From: a bacterium
Lineage (GTDB): Bacteria > Zixibacteria > MSB-5A5 > GN15 > FEB-12
DNA: 64,000 nt
Assembly (NCBI GenBank): GCA_043811375.1
Contig: JBDRNJ010000014.1
Location: forward strand, 32,001 to 96,000
Direction of reading: 5' to 3'
In this document: positions 38,747 through 51,067 of the stretch, one piece after another
Position numbering within the stretch: the stretch's first letter is position 1
Layout: each line of letters opens with the position of its first letter
Translations under genes and position numbers: made by a program
Notes under the pieces: generated by a model
Told to the model about the DNA's origin: nothing
The model's database searches: none
The model's input: only the letters and a program-made list of their open reading frames with translations

Positions 38747-40327
38747 TCAGTGTTCCTCCGTCAACAGCCGGGCGACAAACTTCAGGACCGGACGCTGAGT
38801 CACCACTGCTTCCCGGTAGGCGGCATAGGTACCGGATTTTCTCTCCCAGGCCAGTCGCTTCAATTGTCTCTTGATAAACGCGGCATGGTCGTCGAACCCG
38901 CCGCTGCTCTCCCGGTCGGCTCGCACCAGCAACCTCTCGGTGATCCGTCGGAGATGCGGCGAAGATGGTTCGATAGCGACAATATCCGCGAACAGTTCCG
39001 CTGCTGCCTCGACCCGGGATCGGAAGTGGAAATCATGACTCTCTGCATAAGCCACAAATCTGCTCAGCCACTCATCTCCCAGCACGCCCTCCCCGGCGGC
39101 AGCAATGATCTCATCCTGATGCTCGTGGGCAAACTGTTGCATCAACAGGGAGCTTCGCAGCGCCAGAACAAACGGATGAATCTCATCGAAAGTATAATAG
39201 TGGTCGGGAACCAGACCATGACCGGTGTCATTGAGAGTGGAATCGAAATCGTTGAGGAAAATGCCACCCTCGAAGTAGTAACGGGCAATAGTCAGTCTGA
39301 GTCCGTCGCCCTCGGGAAAACTGGTGAACCCTTGTACCAGTCCCTTACCGAAGGTGGTGTCTCCAACCAGAACGGCTCGACCGACCTGCTGGAGAGCGCC
39401 GGCCACAATCTCAGCCGATGAAGCTGAGCCGTCATCGACAATAATCGCCAGCGGCAGACCACCGGTGACGTCTTCGCCGGTAGCATAAAACCGTCGTCGA
39501 TGCCAGCGGGAACGGGCGTCGGTGCCGACGATGAAGATGCCTTTTTCAAGAAAGAGATCAGCGGTGCGGTAAGCCTCATCGAAAAGCCCGCCCGGGTTTC
39601 CGCGCAAATCCAGAATGATACCCCGCGCTCGTGGGACGGAGTCTTCAACCCCCACCAGGGAGTCCAGCGCCGAGCGGAGATCATCAGTCGTTCCGGCCTC
39701 AAAATCCAGCAGACGGATGTAGACCAGGCTGTCGGGCGTGTACCCGGCAAAAGGGATATGCAACAGAGAAATACTCTCGCGGGTGATATCCATCTCGACG
39801 GTATCGCCGCTGACCGGGCGATGAAGTCGTACCAGCACTGAAGTGCCGGCCTCGCCGCGCAACAAACTGCTGGCGTCGTCGGCATCCAGATCATTAAAAG
39901 AGACCGAATCGGCGGCTATTATAACATCACCACTGAGCAGGCCCGCCTTGCCGGCCGGTCCATCCTCGCGCACCGACACCACCCGCAGCCCTCTGTTCTG
40001 ATAGATCACTATAACACCAATGCCGCTGTAGTGTCCCGACAGTTCTTCACGAATCTGCTCCAGGTGAGCCTGGTCGATGTATGCGGAATACCGATCGAGA
40101 CGGGAGAAAATCTCCCGCCGGGCGGCCTCGAGGAGCTCCGGACCCGATATCCGGTCATAGTGATGTCGCTTGATTGTGAGCGCGGCCATTGTCAGAGCCC
40201 GGGCCTGAGCCAGGCCGGGATCGGACAACACGTAGACACCAATGCCGCCCGCTGTAAGAGCGATCAGGACCAGCAGAAAAACAGCCGACAGAAAGAACCG
40301 GCGGTCAAGAGGTACGACCGGATCCAT
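38747..40327 (-). CDS. S41 carboxyl-terminal processing protease (CtpA/Prc family)
   Basis: PDZ (SGIGV), LDLRGNPGG, SASSAEIVAGALQ, TFGKG. Confidence 0.92.
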   Translation of the reverse strand: MDPVVPLDRRFFLSAVFLLVLIALTAGGIGVYVLSDPGLAQARALTMAALTIKRHHYDRISGPELLEAARREIFSRLDRYSAYIDQAHLEQIREELSGHYSGIGVIVIYQNRGLRVVSVREDGPAGKAGLLSGDVIIAADSVSFNDLDADDASSLLRGEAGTSVLVRLHRPVSGDTVEMDITRESISLLHIPFAGYTPDSLVYIRLLDFEAGTTDDLRSALDSLVGVEDSVPRARGIILDLRGNPGGLFDEAYRTADLFLEKGIFIVGTDARSRWHRRRFYATGEDVTGGLPLAIIVDDGSASSAEIVAGALQQVGRAVLVGDTTFGKGLVQGFTSFPEGDGLRLTIARYYFEGGIFLNDFDSTLNDTGHGLVPDHYYTFDEIHPFVLALRSSLLMQQFAHEHQDEIIAAAGEGVLGDEWLSRFVAYAESHDFHFRSRVEAAAELFADIVAIEPSSPHLRRITERLLVRADRESSGGFDDHAAFIKRQLKRLAWERKSGTYAAYREAVVTQRPVLKFVARLLTEEH

Positions 40328-40964
40328 AGGCTCTCAATCTTCTGGTCAGGTGTTTTTTTACATCGTCAAAAACAACTTCAGGTGACTGACCGGCATCGAT
40401 AAGTTTGACACGTCTTCGTTCCCGTCGGGCAATCTCCAGAAAACCTTGTCGGACACGCCGAAAAAAGGCACGTGACTGCAGTTCCAGCCGATCCGGTTGC
40501 CCGGTGCGCCGCGCCGCCGCCGTCGGCAGATCGACATCAAACAGCAGGGTTATGTCCGGCACGATATCCCCGACGGCCACCCGGTGCAACGAACGGACCA
40601 TCCTGATGTCCAGTTTTCGTCCGTAGCCCTGGTAGGCCGTGGTGCTGTCGTAAAATCGATCACACAAAACGATGTCTCCGCGCATCAGCGCCGGCCGCAG
40701 TTCACGGGCCACAACCTCCGCCCGAGCGGCTTCATACAACAGCAACTCCGTCACAGGTACCATCGCCAGCCGTCCGTCAAGGAGAATCTTTCTGATTCTT
40801 TCCGCTACGGCCGTCGAACCCGGTTCACGGAACAATCTCGTGCGTCGGTACCCATTGGCCAGCAGATAACGATAGGTCAGCAGAGCCTGGGTGCTCTTGC
40901 CACAACCGTCGATACCCTCGAAAGTAATGAAGAGTCCTTTGGGTTTTTCCCGGTTCATCGGCAT
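40305..40964 (-). CDS. tmk: Thymidylate kinase
   Basis: FEGIDGCGKST, REPG, DRFYDSTTAYQG. Confidence 0.96.
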   Translation of the reverse strand: MPMNREKPKGLFITFEGIDGCGKSTQALLTYRYLLANGYRRTRLFREPGSTAVAERIRKILLDGRLAMVPVTELLLYEAARAEVVARELRPALMRGDIVLCDRFYDSTTAYQGYGRKLDIRMVRSLHRVAVGDIVPDITLLFDVDLPTAAARRTGQPDRLELQSRAFFRRVRQGFLEIARRERRRVKLIDAGQSPEVVFDDVKKHLTRRLRAYGSGRTS

Positions 40965-40994
40965 CTCAGTTTCGGGTCAGCCTGCCGTCAATAT

Positions 40995-41022
40995 AAAACC
41001 GGCGACAGGACCTGTCGCCGGT
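40995..41022 (-). terminator. Intrinsic terminator downstream of ino1
   Basis: ACCGGCGACAGG-A-CCTGTCGCCGGT inverted repeat with T-run on minus strand. Confidence 0.65.
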
Positions 41023-41052
41023 CAAGTTAGAGCATGCTGAAAGCGTAAGAAA

Positions 41053-42276
41053 CTATTTTTTCTTACGCACCACTCTTTTGCGGCCGGTCGGCCGAGCTGC
41101 TTTGGCAGTCGTTGACCGTTTGACGGCCGGTTTTCCCGCCGCCGGTTTCCGGGCCGCCACTTTGGTCGGCCGTTTGCGCCGGCCGGTACTCTGTTTCCAG
41201 CCATAGCGGGAAATGAATTCCTCGGTCAGACGGCGGGCTTCATCATCGGTATATTGAACCGGGGGTGATTTCTTGAAGTAGGATGACGGGCCTACAAGAG
41301 CTCCCGACAGACGGTTATCCAGAGCCAGCTTGCAGCACCGGATGGCGTCAATCACCACCCCGGCGGAGTTGGGGCTGTCCCAGACTTCCAGCTTCATTTC
41401 CACGTTCAATGGTACGTTACCGAAGGTGGTGCCTTCCATCCTGATATGCGCCCACTTCCGATCAGTCAGCCAGGCGACATAATCGGATGGTCCGATGTGG
41501 ATATTCTCCGGCTCCAGTTCATAGTTGAGCTGGCTGGTGACGGCGCAAGTCTTGGAGATTTCTTTCGACTCCAGCCGTGACCTCTCCAGCATATTCAGAA
41601 AGTCGGTGTTGCCGCCTACATTTAGCTGGCTGGTCCGCTCCAGGCGAACACCGCGCTCCAGGAATAAGCGGGTGAGAACGCGATGCGTAATGGTTGCGCC
41701 CACCTGTGATTTGATATCATCGCCAATGACCGGGAGTCCCTTTTCCTCGAACCGCTTCTGCCAGTACTTCTCCCGGGCGATAAATACCGGTATACAGTTG
41801 ACAAACCCACAGCCGGCTTCCAGTATCTGCTCCACGTACCACTTGGTTGCTTCCTCGGAGCCAACCGGCAGATAGTTGATGACGACATCGGTCCTGGTCT
41901 CTTTAAGCAGCTTAACGATATCAACCGTGTCACCCGGTGCTTTCTCAATAATCTGAGACAGATAGTAACCCAGCCCGTCGTGGGTCATGCCGCGCTGCAC
42001 CGTCACACCGGTCCGGGGCACCTTGGCAAAAACATAAGTATTGTTCGGTTTGGTGTAGATGGCCTCCGAGAGGTCCTTGCCCACCTTGTTTTTGTCGATA
42101 TCGATAGCGGCCGAGAACTCAATGTCACGAATATGATAGCCGCCTAAATTGACGTGCATCAGACCGGGGACGATGTCTTCGTCCTTAGCCTTCTTGTAAA
42201 ACTCGACACCCTGCACCAGCGATGAGGCGCAGTTGCCGACCCCAATAATGGCCACTCTTAGTTTACCCATACCCAA
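41053..42276 (-). CDS. ino1: myo-inositol-1(3)-phosphate synthase with basic C-terminal tail
   Basis: [47 protein letters not shown]. Confidence 0.95.
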   Translation of the reverse strand: MGMGKLRVAIIGVGNCASSLVQGVEFYKKAKDEDIVPGLMHVNLGGYHIRDIEFSAAIDIDKNKVGKDLSEAIYTKPNNTYVFAKVPRTGVTVQRGMTHDGLGYYLSQIIEKAPGDTVDIVKLLKETRTDVVINYLPVGSEEATKWYVEQILEAGCGFVNCIPVFIAREKYWQKRFEEKGLPVIGDDIKSQVGATITHRVLTRLFLERGVRLERTSQLNVGGNTDFLNMLERSRLESKEISKTCAVTSQLNYELEPENIHIGPSDYVAWLTDRKWAHIRMEGTTFGNVPLNVEMKLEVWDSPNSAGVVIDAIRCCKLALDNRLSGALVGPSSYFKKSPPVQYTDDEARRLTEEFISRYGWKQSTGRRKRPTKVAARKPAAGKPAVKRSTTAKAARPTGRKRVVRKKK

Positions 42277-42317
42277 TTCCTCTCCAGTAACAGTGATTTG
42301 CTCTATCTCTGGTCCGG

Positions 42318-42346
42318 AGTATAGGCAGACCTCAGGAACCTGTCAA
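42318..42346 (-). promoter_or_regulatory. Near-consensus sigma-70 promoter of ino1
   Basis: Minus strand TTGACA-N17-TATACT. Confidence 0.7.
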
Positions 42347-42394
42347 ATTGTATTTGACACCAGGTCGATATTATAGAATATTAGTATATATAAG

Positions 42395-42410
42395 ATGACC
42401 AATTGGTCAT
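42395..42410. promoter_or_regulatory. Putative TetR operator
   Basis: Perfect 16-bp palindrome ATGACCAATTGGTCAT upstream of tetR. Confidence 0.6.
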
Positions 42411-42453
42411 AATAAACCCGAGGCCCATAGATTGAGTTGCCGAGACAGCTTCA

Positions 42454-42584
42454 GGGCCTGTTGAAAAAGCTCTATTCTCGTCATTGCGAGCGACAGCGTG
42501 GCAATCTCGGATATTGAATGTCAACGAGATAGCCACGTCGCTTCGCTCCTCGCTATGACGTTTGTTATGTTTATCAACAGGCCA
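42454..42584. mobile_element. MITE-like element (~130 bp)
   Basis: TIR GGCCTGTTGA(A/T)AAA with 13/14 match, flanking TTCA direct repeats, long internal hairpin. Confidence 0.7.
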
Positions 42585-42618
42585 TTCAGCGTGTGCACAA
42601 AACACACCCGGGGAGAAA

Positions 42619-43269
42619 ATGCTGCTGGATGAAAACCTCGTTCAGGACCTGGTATTGTCGGGCACGGTCTGTGACACTTTCCGCCGCCTGTCGGCGGAGA
42701 AGAAAAGCCGCCTCTACCAGACGGCGGCCATACTGTTCGGCGAGTACGGTTATGACGGCCTGGCTGTGGATCGCTTCTGCCGAGAAGCGGGCATATCCAA
42801 GGGGTCGTTCTTTAAGTACTTCCCCGCCAAGAGCCACCTGCTGGAATTTGCCGTCCTGATCCTGGACAATCGGCTGGCCCGACGGCTGGCCGATATCAAG
42901 GTTTCCCAGCCACCCGCGGTGGCTCGCACCCGGCTGATTTATCTGCTTGAGGTTCTGACCGACGGATCACAATGGCCCCGCTGGGAAAGGAACTTCTACT
43001 GTTACCTGACAGGTGCAGCCGGCCACTCGTCAGTAATCATCGAGGGGGTCAATCTCGAGCGACACCTGCTTGAATTCATAGCGGACATCATTGAACGGGG
43101 AATTCAGACTCGCGAGATCAGTCGTGACCTTAAACCGGCCGCAATCTCTCGTCTGGTGGCCATCGTAGTCAGCGCCGTACTGTCCGACCGACTCGGTGAG
43201 CATCGGGAAGAACCCGTTGCTGCTGCCGAACACCTGATTTCGATCCTGTTTGATGGTCTGGCTGCGTAG
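42619..43269 (+). CDS. TetR/AcrR family regulator
   Basis: FGEYGY...CREAGISKGSFFKYF HTH. Confidence 0.9.
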   Translation: MLLDENLVQDLVLSGTVCDTFRRLSAEKKSRLYQTAAILFGEYGYDGLAVDRFCREAGISKGSFFKYFPAKSHLLEFAVLILDNRLARRLADIKVSQPPAVARTRLIYLLEVLTDGSQWPRWERNFYCYLTGAAGHSSVIIEGVNLERHLLEFIADIIERGIQTREISRDLKPAAISRLVAIVVSAVLSDRLGEHREEPVAAAEHLISILFDGLAA

Positions 43270-43349
43270 TCCGAGAGACAGTAAGCAATATAGCTTGTTT
43301 AACAAGTTTTGATTGATTAACATATTGCTGCCATGGTAGAGGGTAGCAC

Positions 43350-44321
43350 ATGAAAGTAATCATTCCAGTAGCCGGGGTGGGGAAGCGTCTGCAACCTCAC
43401 ACCTTTACGAAGCCAAAAGCGCTACTGACGGTCGGAGGCAGACCGGTGCTGGCGCATGTTCTTGACACTCTATTGAAGTTGGAGCCAGAGGAGGTGATTT
43501 TCGTTATCGGCTCCAAAGGCGAGCTTGTCCGTGACTTTATTCGGCATAATTACTCGTTTAAGTCTCGATTTGTAAACCAGGAAAGACTGCTGGGTCTGGG
43601 GTACGCTATGCACCTGGCGCTGGAGAAGATCGAAAAGGGGCCGGTGCTGGCCATTCTGGGCGACACCATAGTTGAATGCGACATGGAAAAGTTTGTTCAG
43701 GCCGGCGACAACGTCCTGGGGCTGTGTCAGGTTGCCGATCCCCGGCGCTTCGGGGTGGCTCATATCAATGATGGTCATATTGACAACCTGGTGGAAAAAC
43801 CACAACAACCCCGGTCAGACCTGGCCTTGATCGGACTGTATTACTTCCGTGAAGTTGAGGGTATCAAGAAACAACTGTCGGCGCTGGTCAACTCGGGACA
43901 GCAAACAGCCGGTGAAATCCAGTTGACCGACGCTCTTCAGAAACTGATAGCAAACGGCGAGAAGTGTGTCCCCTACGAGGTACACCATTGGCATGACTGC
44001 GGCAATAAGCAAACGCTTCTGGAAACGAACCGGTACATTCTCTCTAAAATGCCCCCACCGTCGGAAATCAAGGGATCACTGCTGGTACCGCCGGTGTTTA
44101 TCGCTCCTGGTGCCGAAATCGTCAATTCCATCCTGGGACCAAACGTATCTGTGGCCGAAGGAGCAGTAATCGTAAATTCTATACTGAGCAACACCATAGT
44201 CGGCTCGAAGGCACGGATCTCCAATACCGTACTGTCGAACTCACTGGTTGGTCAAAACGCTGTCGTGACCGGCCGGGAACAAACGATCAACATAGGTGAC
44301 TCTTCCGAGATCGAGACCTGA
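43350..44321 (+). CDS. Sugar-phosphate nucleotidyltransferase (long-form RmlA-like)
   Basis: PVAGVGKRLQP, PKALL, VEKP, GEIQLTDAL, WHDCG, LbH tail. Confidence 0.88.
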   Translation: MKVIIPVAGVGKRLQPHTFTKPKALLTVGGRPVLAHVLDTLLKLEPEEVIFVIGSKGELVRDFIRHNYSFKSRFVNQERLLGLGYAMHLALEKIEKGPVLAILGDTIVECDMEKFVQAGDNVLGLCQVADPRRFGVAHINDGHIDNLVEKPQQPRSDLALIGLYYFREVEGIKKQLSALVNSGQQTAGEIQLTDALQKLIANGEKCVPYEVHHWHDCGNKQTLLETNRYILSKMPPPSEIKGSLLVPPVFIAPGAEIVNSILGPNVSVAEGAVIVNSILSNTIVGSKARISNTVLSNSLVGQNAVVTGREQTINIGDSSEIET

Positions 44322-44388
44322 CACAGGGGGTATTGCGCCGGTGTCCGCCAATGTGTGACAGGCAATCAAAACACAAGGAGATGTGAAT

Positions 44389-46813
<2,425 letters not shown>

Positions 46814-46992
46814 GGAGGCAGGACCTGATAGGTCGGTTGTGAGTATTGAGCCGGTCTCTGATTTTCGTCCAGTAATCCGGGATTGCTATCCCGATCTGCT
46901 TTTGGGACCCCCCACTTTTCTCTTGTAACTCTTTGGCTGGTTTTATATTATTGGCCGATTAAGATGAACGGCGCCTCGCCCGGATTGCAGAA

Positions 46993-47571
46993 ATGAGTCG
47001 TAAGCAGTTGCAGGACATAGACACAGAATTGATTGCCAAAGCCTTAAACGGCAGTCAACCGGCTTTCCGGGGATTGGCTGAGCGTCACCGGGCATCGGTA
47101 TTCCATATTGTTTTCAAAATTGTCCGTGACAATGAGACCGCCCAGGACCTGGTCCAGGAAACTTTCATGAAAGCCTTTTCCTCCCTGGCCAGCTACCGCC
47201 CGGAATATCGCTTTTCAACCTGGCTGTATAAGATTGCCGCCAATTGTTCAATTGACCACTTGCGCAAAAAAAGGATACAGGCTCTCTCGTTGGATCGACA
47301 ATTCGACGACAAAAACGGCGGGAGATCACTGGAAGTGGCCGACTATTCCTACCACCCGGGGCGTGACCTGGAGCGCAAAGAGCAGCGTATCGGCATTGAA
47401 GAGGCGATTGCTTCTCTGCCGCCGAAATATCGCGAGGTTATCATCTATCGACACAAGGACGATAAATCGTATGAGGAGATAGCCGAACTACTTGGTATAC
47501 CTATCGGCACCGTGAAGGCAAGGATTTTCCGGGCTCGGGAGTTGCTGAAGAAAAAGCTCAAAGGCCTGTGA
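46993..47571 (+). CDS. ECF RNA polymerase sigma factor (SigW/RpoE-like)
   Basis: DLVQETFMKA, FSTWLYKIA, SYEEIAELLGIPIGTVKARIFRAR. Confidence 0.95.
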   Translation: MSRKQLQDIDTELIAKALNGSQPAFRGLAERHRASVFHIVFKIVRDNETAQDLVQETFMKAFSSLASYRPEYRFSTWLYKIAANCSIDHLRKKRIQALSLDRQFDDKNGGRSLEVADYSYHPGRDLERKEQRIGIEEAIASLPPKYREVIIYRHKDDKSYEEIAELLGIPIGTVKARIFRARELLKKKLKGL

Positions 47572-48539
47572 AAAATTGGGAAGGCAAGACTTTGAGACGG
47601 ACGCGACGGATCGGAGTGGTCCTGATATGGCTGTGGCTCATCGCCTGCTGGCCGGCCGGCACCGGTCTGGCCGCCGATAAAGAGTACTCCTTCGACTATC
47701 AGCGCTATTCGTTTGAACACAACCAGATCGTAACGATCACCAGACCGGTGTTGCTGGACCTGCAGGTGGCGCGCGGCAAAGTGAATATCACCGGCTCGGA
47801 AAACGGGCGCCTTGTTATCGAGGCCGTCAAACGGGTTTACGCCGCCACTCCCACCGAAGCGGAAGAAATTGCCAACAATATTGAAATCAAAGTCGACCAA
47901 TCCGGGCGAACTATCCGGATTCAAACCGGCTATGTGAAGGTTGCCAACCGTACACCGTCGTTCTGGCGTAAAATCCTGGGTGCCGGAGCTGATTCCTACG
48001 GAATCGTTGACTATACCATTCAGGTGCCGGTGGCAACCGATATCCACGTCATCGGGATGGATCTTGAGATCGACGTCTCCTCCATCGAGGGTGAGATCAC
48101 AATCGAGAACGAAACCGGCAGCACTCACGGCGAGTTTCTGGTCGGCCCGGTTACAATCCACCAGGAGACCGGTAACATCAATCTGGACTGGATCGACGGT
48201 GACGTCCGGATCAAGTCGACCTCGTGTATCACCGGCATCCACCAGGTGCGAGGCGCCCTGGACGTGACTACTCACTCGGGAAATGTCAGCGTTAAAACCG
48301 AATTGAACAGCCCCCGCGACTATTTTGTGGAAACTGTCAGCGGTTCTATTACGTTTCTTGTTCCAGAGATTGCATCGGGGGTCCTGCAAATCGAGACCCG
48401 GTCGGGCGCTATGCAAACAGATATGCCGGTCACTATCCGGTCGATCAGCAACAAGCGCCTGGTAGGCAAGTTTGGTCGTGGCGGCCCCCGGATAACGCTC
48501 ACCTCGGCCTCAGGTGATGTCAGGGTGGCCCAGTATTAG
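47568..48539 (+). CDS. Exported DUF4097 beta-strand-repeat protein
   Basis: Signal peptide; repeats TTHSGNV, ETVSGSI, ETRSGAM, TSASGDV; GTGA overlap with the sigma gene stop. Confidence 0.85.
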   Translation: MKNWEGKTLRRTRRIGVVLIWLWLIACWPAGTGLAADKEYSFDYQRYSFEHNQIVTITRPVLLDLQVARGKVNITGSENGRLVIEAVKRVYAATPTEAEEIANNIEIKVDQSGRTIRIQTGYVKVANRTPSFWRKILGAGADSYGIVDYTIQVPVATDIHVIGMDLEIDVSSIEGEITIENETGSTHGEFLVGPVTIHQETGNINLDWIDGDVRIKSTSCITGIHQVRGALDVTTHSGNVSVKTELNSPRDYFVETVSGSITFLVPEIASGVLQIETRSGAMQTDMPVTIRSISNKRLVGKFGRGGPRITLTSASGDVRVAQY

Positions 48540-48566
48540 CTTGGTGATACATACACCGAAAGCAGC

Positions 48567-49841
48567 ATGAGTAAAACCGGTTACATAGGATTAGTAACGG
48601 TGGCGGCGACCCTGCTGACGCTGTCGGCGCCGGGCTCGGTACGCGCTCAGACAACTGAGCCGCCCGTGTCTCAACCATCGGTCGACACCGTATTCGAAGA
48701 AATCCAGTTGTCCGAGGAAGGCGTAATCGCGGTTGATACTTCCGGCCGTGAATGGTATTACAATTTCGAGACAAACACTTTTGTTCAGGGCTCTCTGCCC
48801 GATGACCGTCACCCGGATGTCCAGCGCGAGTGGGCCGATTCCCGGATGGACGAAACCCCCATAGAAGAACGGTGCACCGAAGAGAAAAAGGTTGAGCCGT
48901 TAGACCGTAAGATTACCGTCAGGGAAAATGAATACGTCGATGGCGATATCATCGCATGGGACGTGGTAACGGTCAAAGGCTGGGTCAAGGGCAACGTCAA
49001 AGCAATAAGGAAACGAGTCCTGGTGACGGAATCAGGACGTGTTGACGGAGATATCGAAGCTCCCCGAGTGATCATTAAGGACGGGGCGGAGATACGGGGT
49101 GAAGTCAGCGAAGTGGGTTCACCGTTGGAGCTGGAAGATATTACGCAGTCTTTCTCTGCCGACGGTCTGATAATCGTGCTGTCGTTTACACTGGCCCTGT
49201 TGTTCTTCGGTTTTCTGACTGTTTCGCTCATGCCACGGCAGATGCGCAATATCGACGTCTGTCTTGGCAGTTATAAACTGAAATCATTCTTCCTGGGATT
49301 GCTGTTTATGGTGCTGATGCCGGCTCTGATGGCGTTGCTCCTGATTACAATCGTCGGAATAATCTTTACACCGCTGGTCCCACTTCTGTACCTGGTCGCT
49401 ATCGGCATGGGGATAGTGACATTCGGCAATCGACTCGGTCGACAGTTCTCCACCAGATATCTCGGGCGTGAAAGATCAATGCTTTTGCAGTCGGTGCTGG
49501 GTCTCACGCTGCTGATGTCGCTGTGGTTCATTGTGGCGATTTTACTGGGCGCCGGAGATGATGTCTCTCGGGGATTTGGGATTTTCTTCCTGGTTGTTTC
49601 GATCCTGTTGACGTCTTTTCCTGTTCTGGCCGGGGTGGGAGCGGCCGTCCTGACCCGTTTCGGCTTCCGTGAATGCAAGACCTGGGATAGTCAGGCAGGA
49701 TACGCGGGGACATCGCAGGCCCCCATGCCGGCACCGCCACCGATCCCGCACAGTCCCGAACTGGAACCATCGCCTGACGAAAACCAACCGCCACCCGCAA
49801 CTCCGCCCTCCTCCCCACGTATACCAGACCAGGAAAACTAA
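48567..49841 (+). CDS. Exported bactofilin-like beta-helix plus multi-TM protein with Pro-rich tail
   Basis: VDGDI...VKGNV...VDGDI...IRGEV repeats, about five TMs, GAAVLTRFG. Confidence 0.75.
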   Translation: MSKTGYIGLVTVAATLLTLSAPGSVRAQTTEPPVSQPSVDTVFEEIQLSEEGVIAVDTSGREWYYNFETNTFVQGSLPDDRHPDVQREWADSRMDETPIEERCTEEKKVEPLDRKITVRENEYVDGDIIAWDVVTVKGWVKGNVKAIRKRVLVTESGRVDGDIEAPRVIIKDGAEIRGEVSEVGSPLELEDITQSFSADGLIIVLSFTLALLFFGFLTVSLMPRQMRNIDVCLGSYKLKSFFLGLLFMVLMPALMALLLITIVGIIFTPLVPLLYLVAIGMGIVTFGNRLGRQFSTRYLGRERSMLLQSVLGLTLLMSLWFIVAILLGAGDDVSRGFGIFFLVVSILLTSFPVLAGVGAAVLTRFGFRECKTWDSQAGYAGTSQAPMPAPPPIPHSPELEPSPDENQPPPATPPSSPRIPDQEN

Positions 49842-49868
49842 TCGCCGCCAAACTCTGGAGGAAGCACG

Positions 49869-50723
49869 ATGATGAGAGTTATCGCTGTATGTCTGTCCCT
49901 GGTTGTGATCTCCTGTGGGTTGACCCAGGCTGGTCGGATTGAACAGGAATCGCACCAGATCGATGCCGAGGACGCCAAAAAGCTTGACGTGGAGATAGAA
50001 TTCGGGCTGGGCCAATTGCGCATCAACACTGAAGATATGTCCGAGGCCGCCACGTTTGACATATCTTATGATCCCAGTCAGGTTGAGTACGACATCGACT
50101 ATGACGTCAGAAAGGAAATCGGGCAATTGGTCCTGGAGACAACCACCCGGCGGAAACACCATATCGAGATGGAGGATAACAGCCTCGATATGGTTCTATC
50201 CCGTCGTTATCCCGTGTCACTGGAGTTGGACATCGGCGCTTGTGAAGCGAAAATCGACCTGGGCGGCCTGCCGTTGGAGCACTTTGAGCTTGATGTCGGA
50301 GCCGCCTCGGGAGAGATCGACTTCTCACAACCCAACCCCAACCGCCTCATCAAAATGAGCATCGATGCCGGCGCTTCTTCGTTGGATATCCGTTCTATCG
50401 GCAACGCCAATTTTGACCTGATGACTTTCGACGGCGGCGCCGGATCATTTGACCTCGACTTCCGTGGCCAATACGAGGGCGAGTCTAAAATCGAAATCGA
50501 TCTCGGCGTGAGTTCCGCCGACATCACTCTGCCGCATGGCGTGCCGGTCCATATCGAAACCGGCGGCGAAAGTTGGCTGTCGTCAATTGATATCCATAAC
50601 CGCGATCTTGATGAAATCGATGACGGTGTCTACGAATCACCGGACTTCAATGATGCTCAGACGCGAATAACACTCAACATTGAGGTCGGCCTGGGATCGG
50701 TGGATATCTTCTTTAAGAAATAG
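49869..50723 (+). CDS. Exported toast-rack/LiaF-LiaG-like beta-repeat protein
   Basis: Repeats LDIGACEA, LDVGAASG, IDAGASSL, FDGGAGSF, IDLGVSSA, IEVGLGSV. Confidence 0.75.
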   Translation: MMRVIAVCLSLVVISCGLTQAGRIEQESHQIDAEDAKKLDVEIEFGLGQLRINTEDMSEAATFDISYDPSQVEYDIDYDVRKEIGQLVLETTTRRKHHIEMEDNSLDMVLSRRYPVSLELDIGACEAKIDLGGLPLEHFELDVGAASGEIDFSQPNPNRLIKMSIDAGASSLDIRSIGNANFDLMTFDGGAGSFDLDFRGQYEGESKIEIDLGVSSADITLPHGVPVHIETGGESWLSSIDIHNRDLDEIDDGVYESPDFNDAQTRITLNIEVGLGSVDIFFKK

Positions 50724-50778
50724 ACATTCATTTTGTCACGCCGCGAGTCGGCTTGACTTACTGCAACTGCACAGTCAG

Positions 50779-50852
50779 GTAGGTCGGAATCCCTGTGGTT
50801 CCGACAGCTTGGCAGGTCTCTTACGCGCGGTCAGGAATCCTTTCCTGACCGC
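50779..50852. repeat. GTAG REP plus adjacent hairpin
   Basis: GTAGGTCGGAATCCCTGTGGTTCCGACA (near-identical to reverse complement of 19507-19535); GCGGTCAGGAA-TCCT-TTCCTGACCGC. Confidence 0.75.
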
Positions 50853-51067
50853 TCCAAACTGCACAGTGTTTTCCGAACAGACCGATCACTCCGAAACACC
50901 TGTGCCGGTCACGCAGTCAAACAAATATCTTGTTGATAATTATTGAGCGTTGCCATACTCATACAGCCACCGGGTACGACCCTGTGCAAACAATTGGCAC
51001 AAGGCGTTTCCCGGAGCGCTCGGAATGAGCGATCAGGCAACAACCTTGAAAGGAGGCAATCAGCTTC

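Noticed and set aside
44322..44388. SAM/SAH riboswitch before metK-ahcY
   Set aside because: Spacer is only 67 nt and lacks recognisable SAM-I or SAH cores
50995..51010. Sigma-54 promoter before htrA (TGGCAC)
   Set aside because: No TTGC-like -12 element at the required spacing
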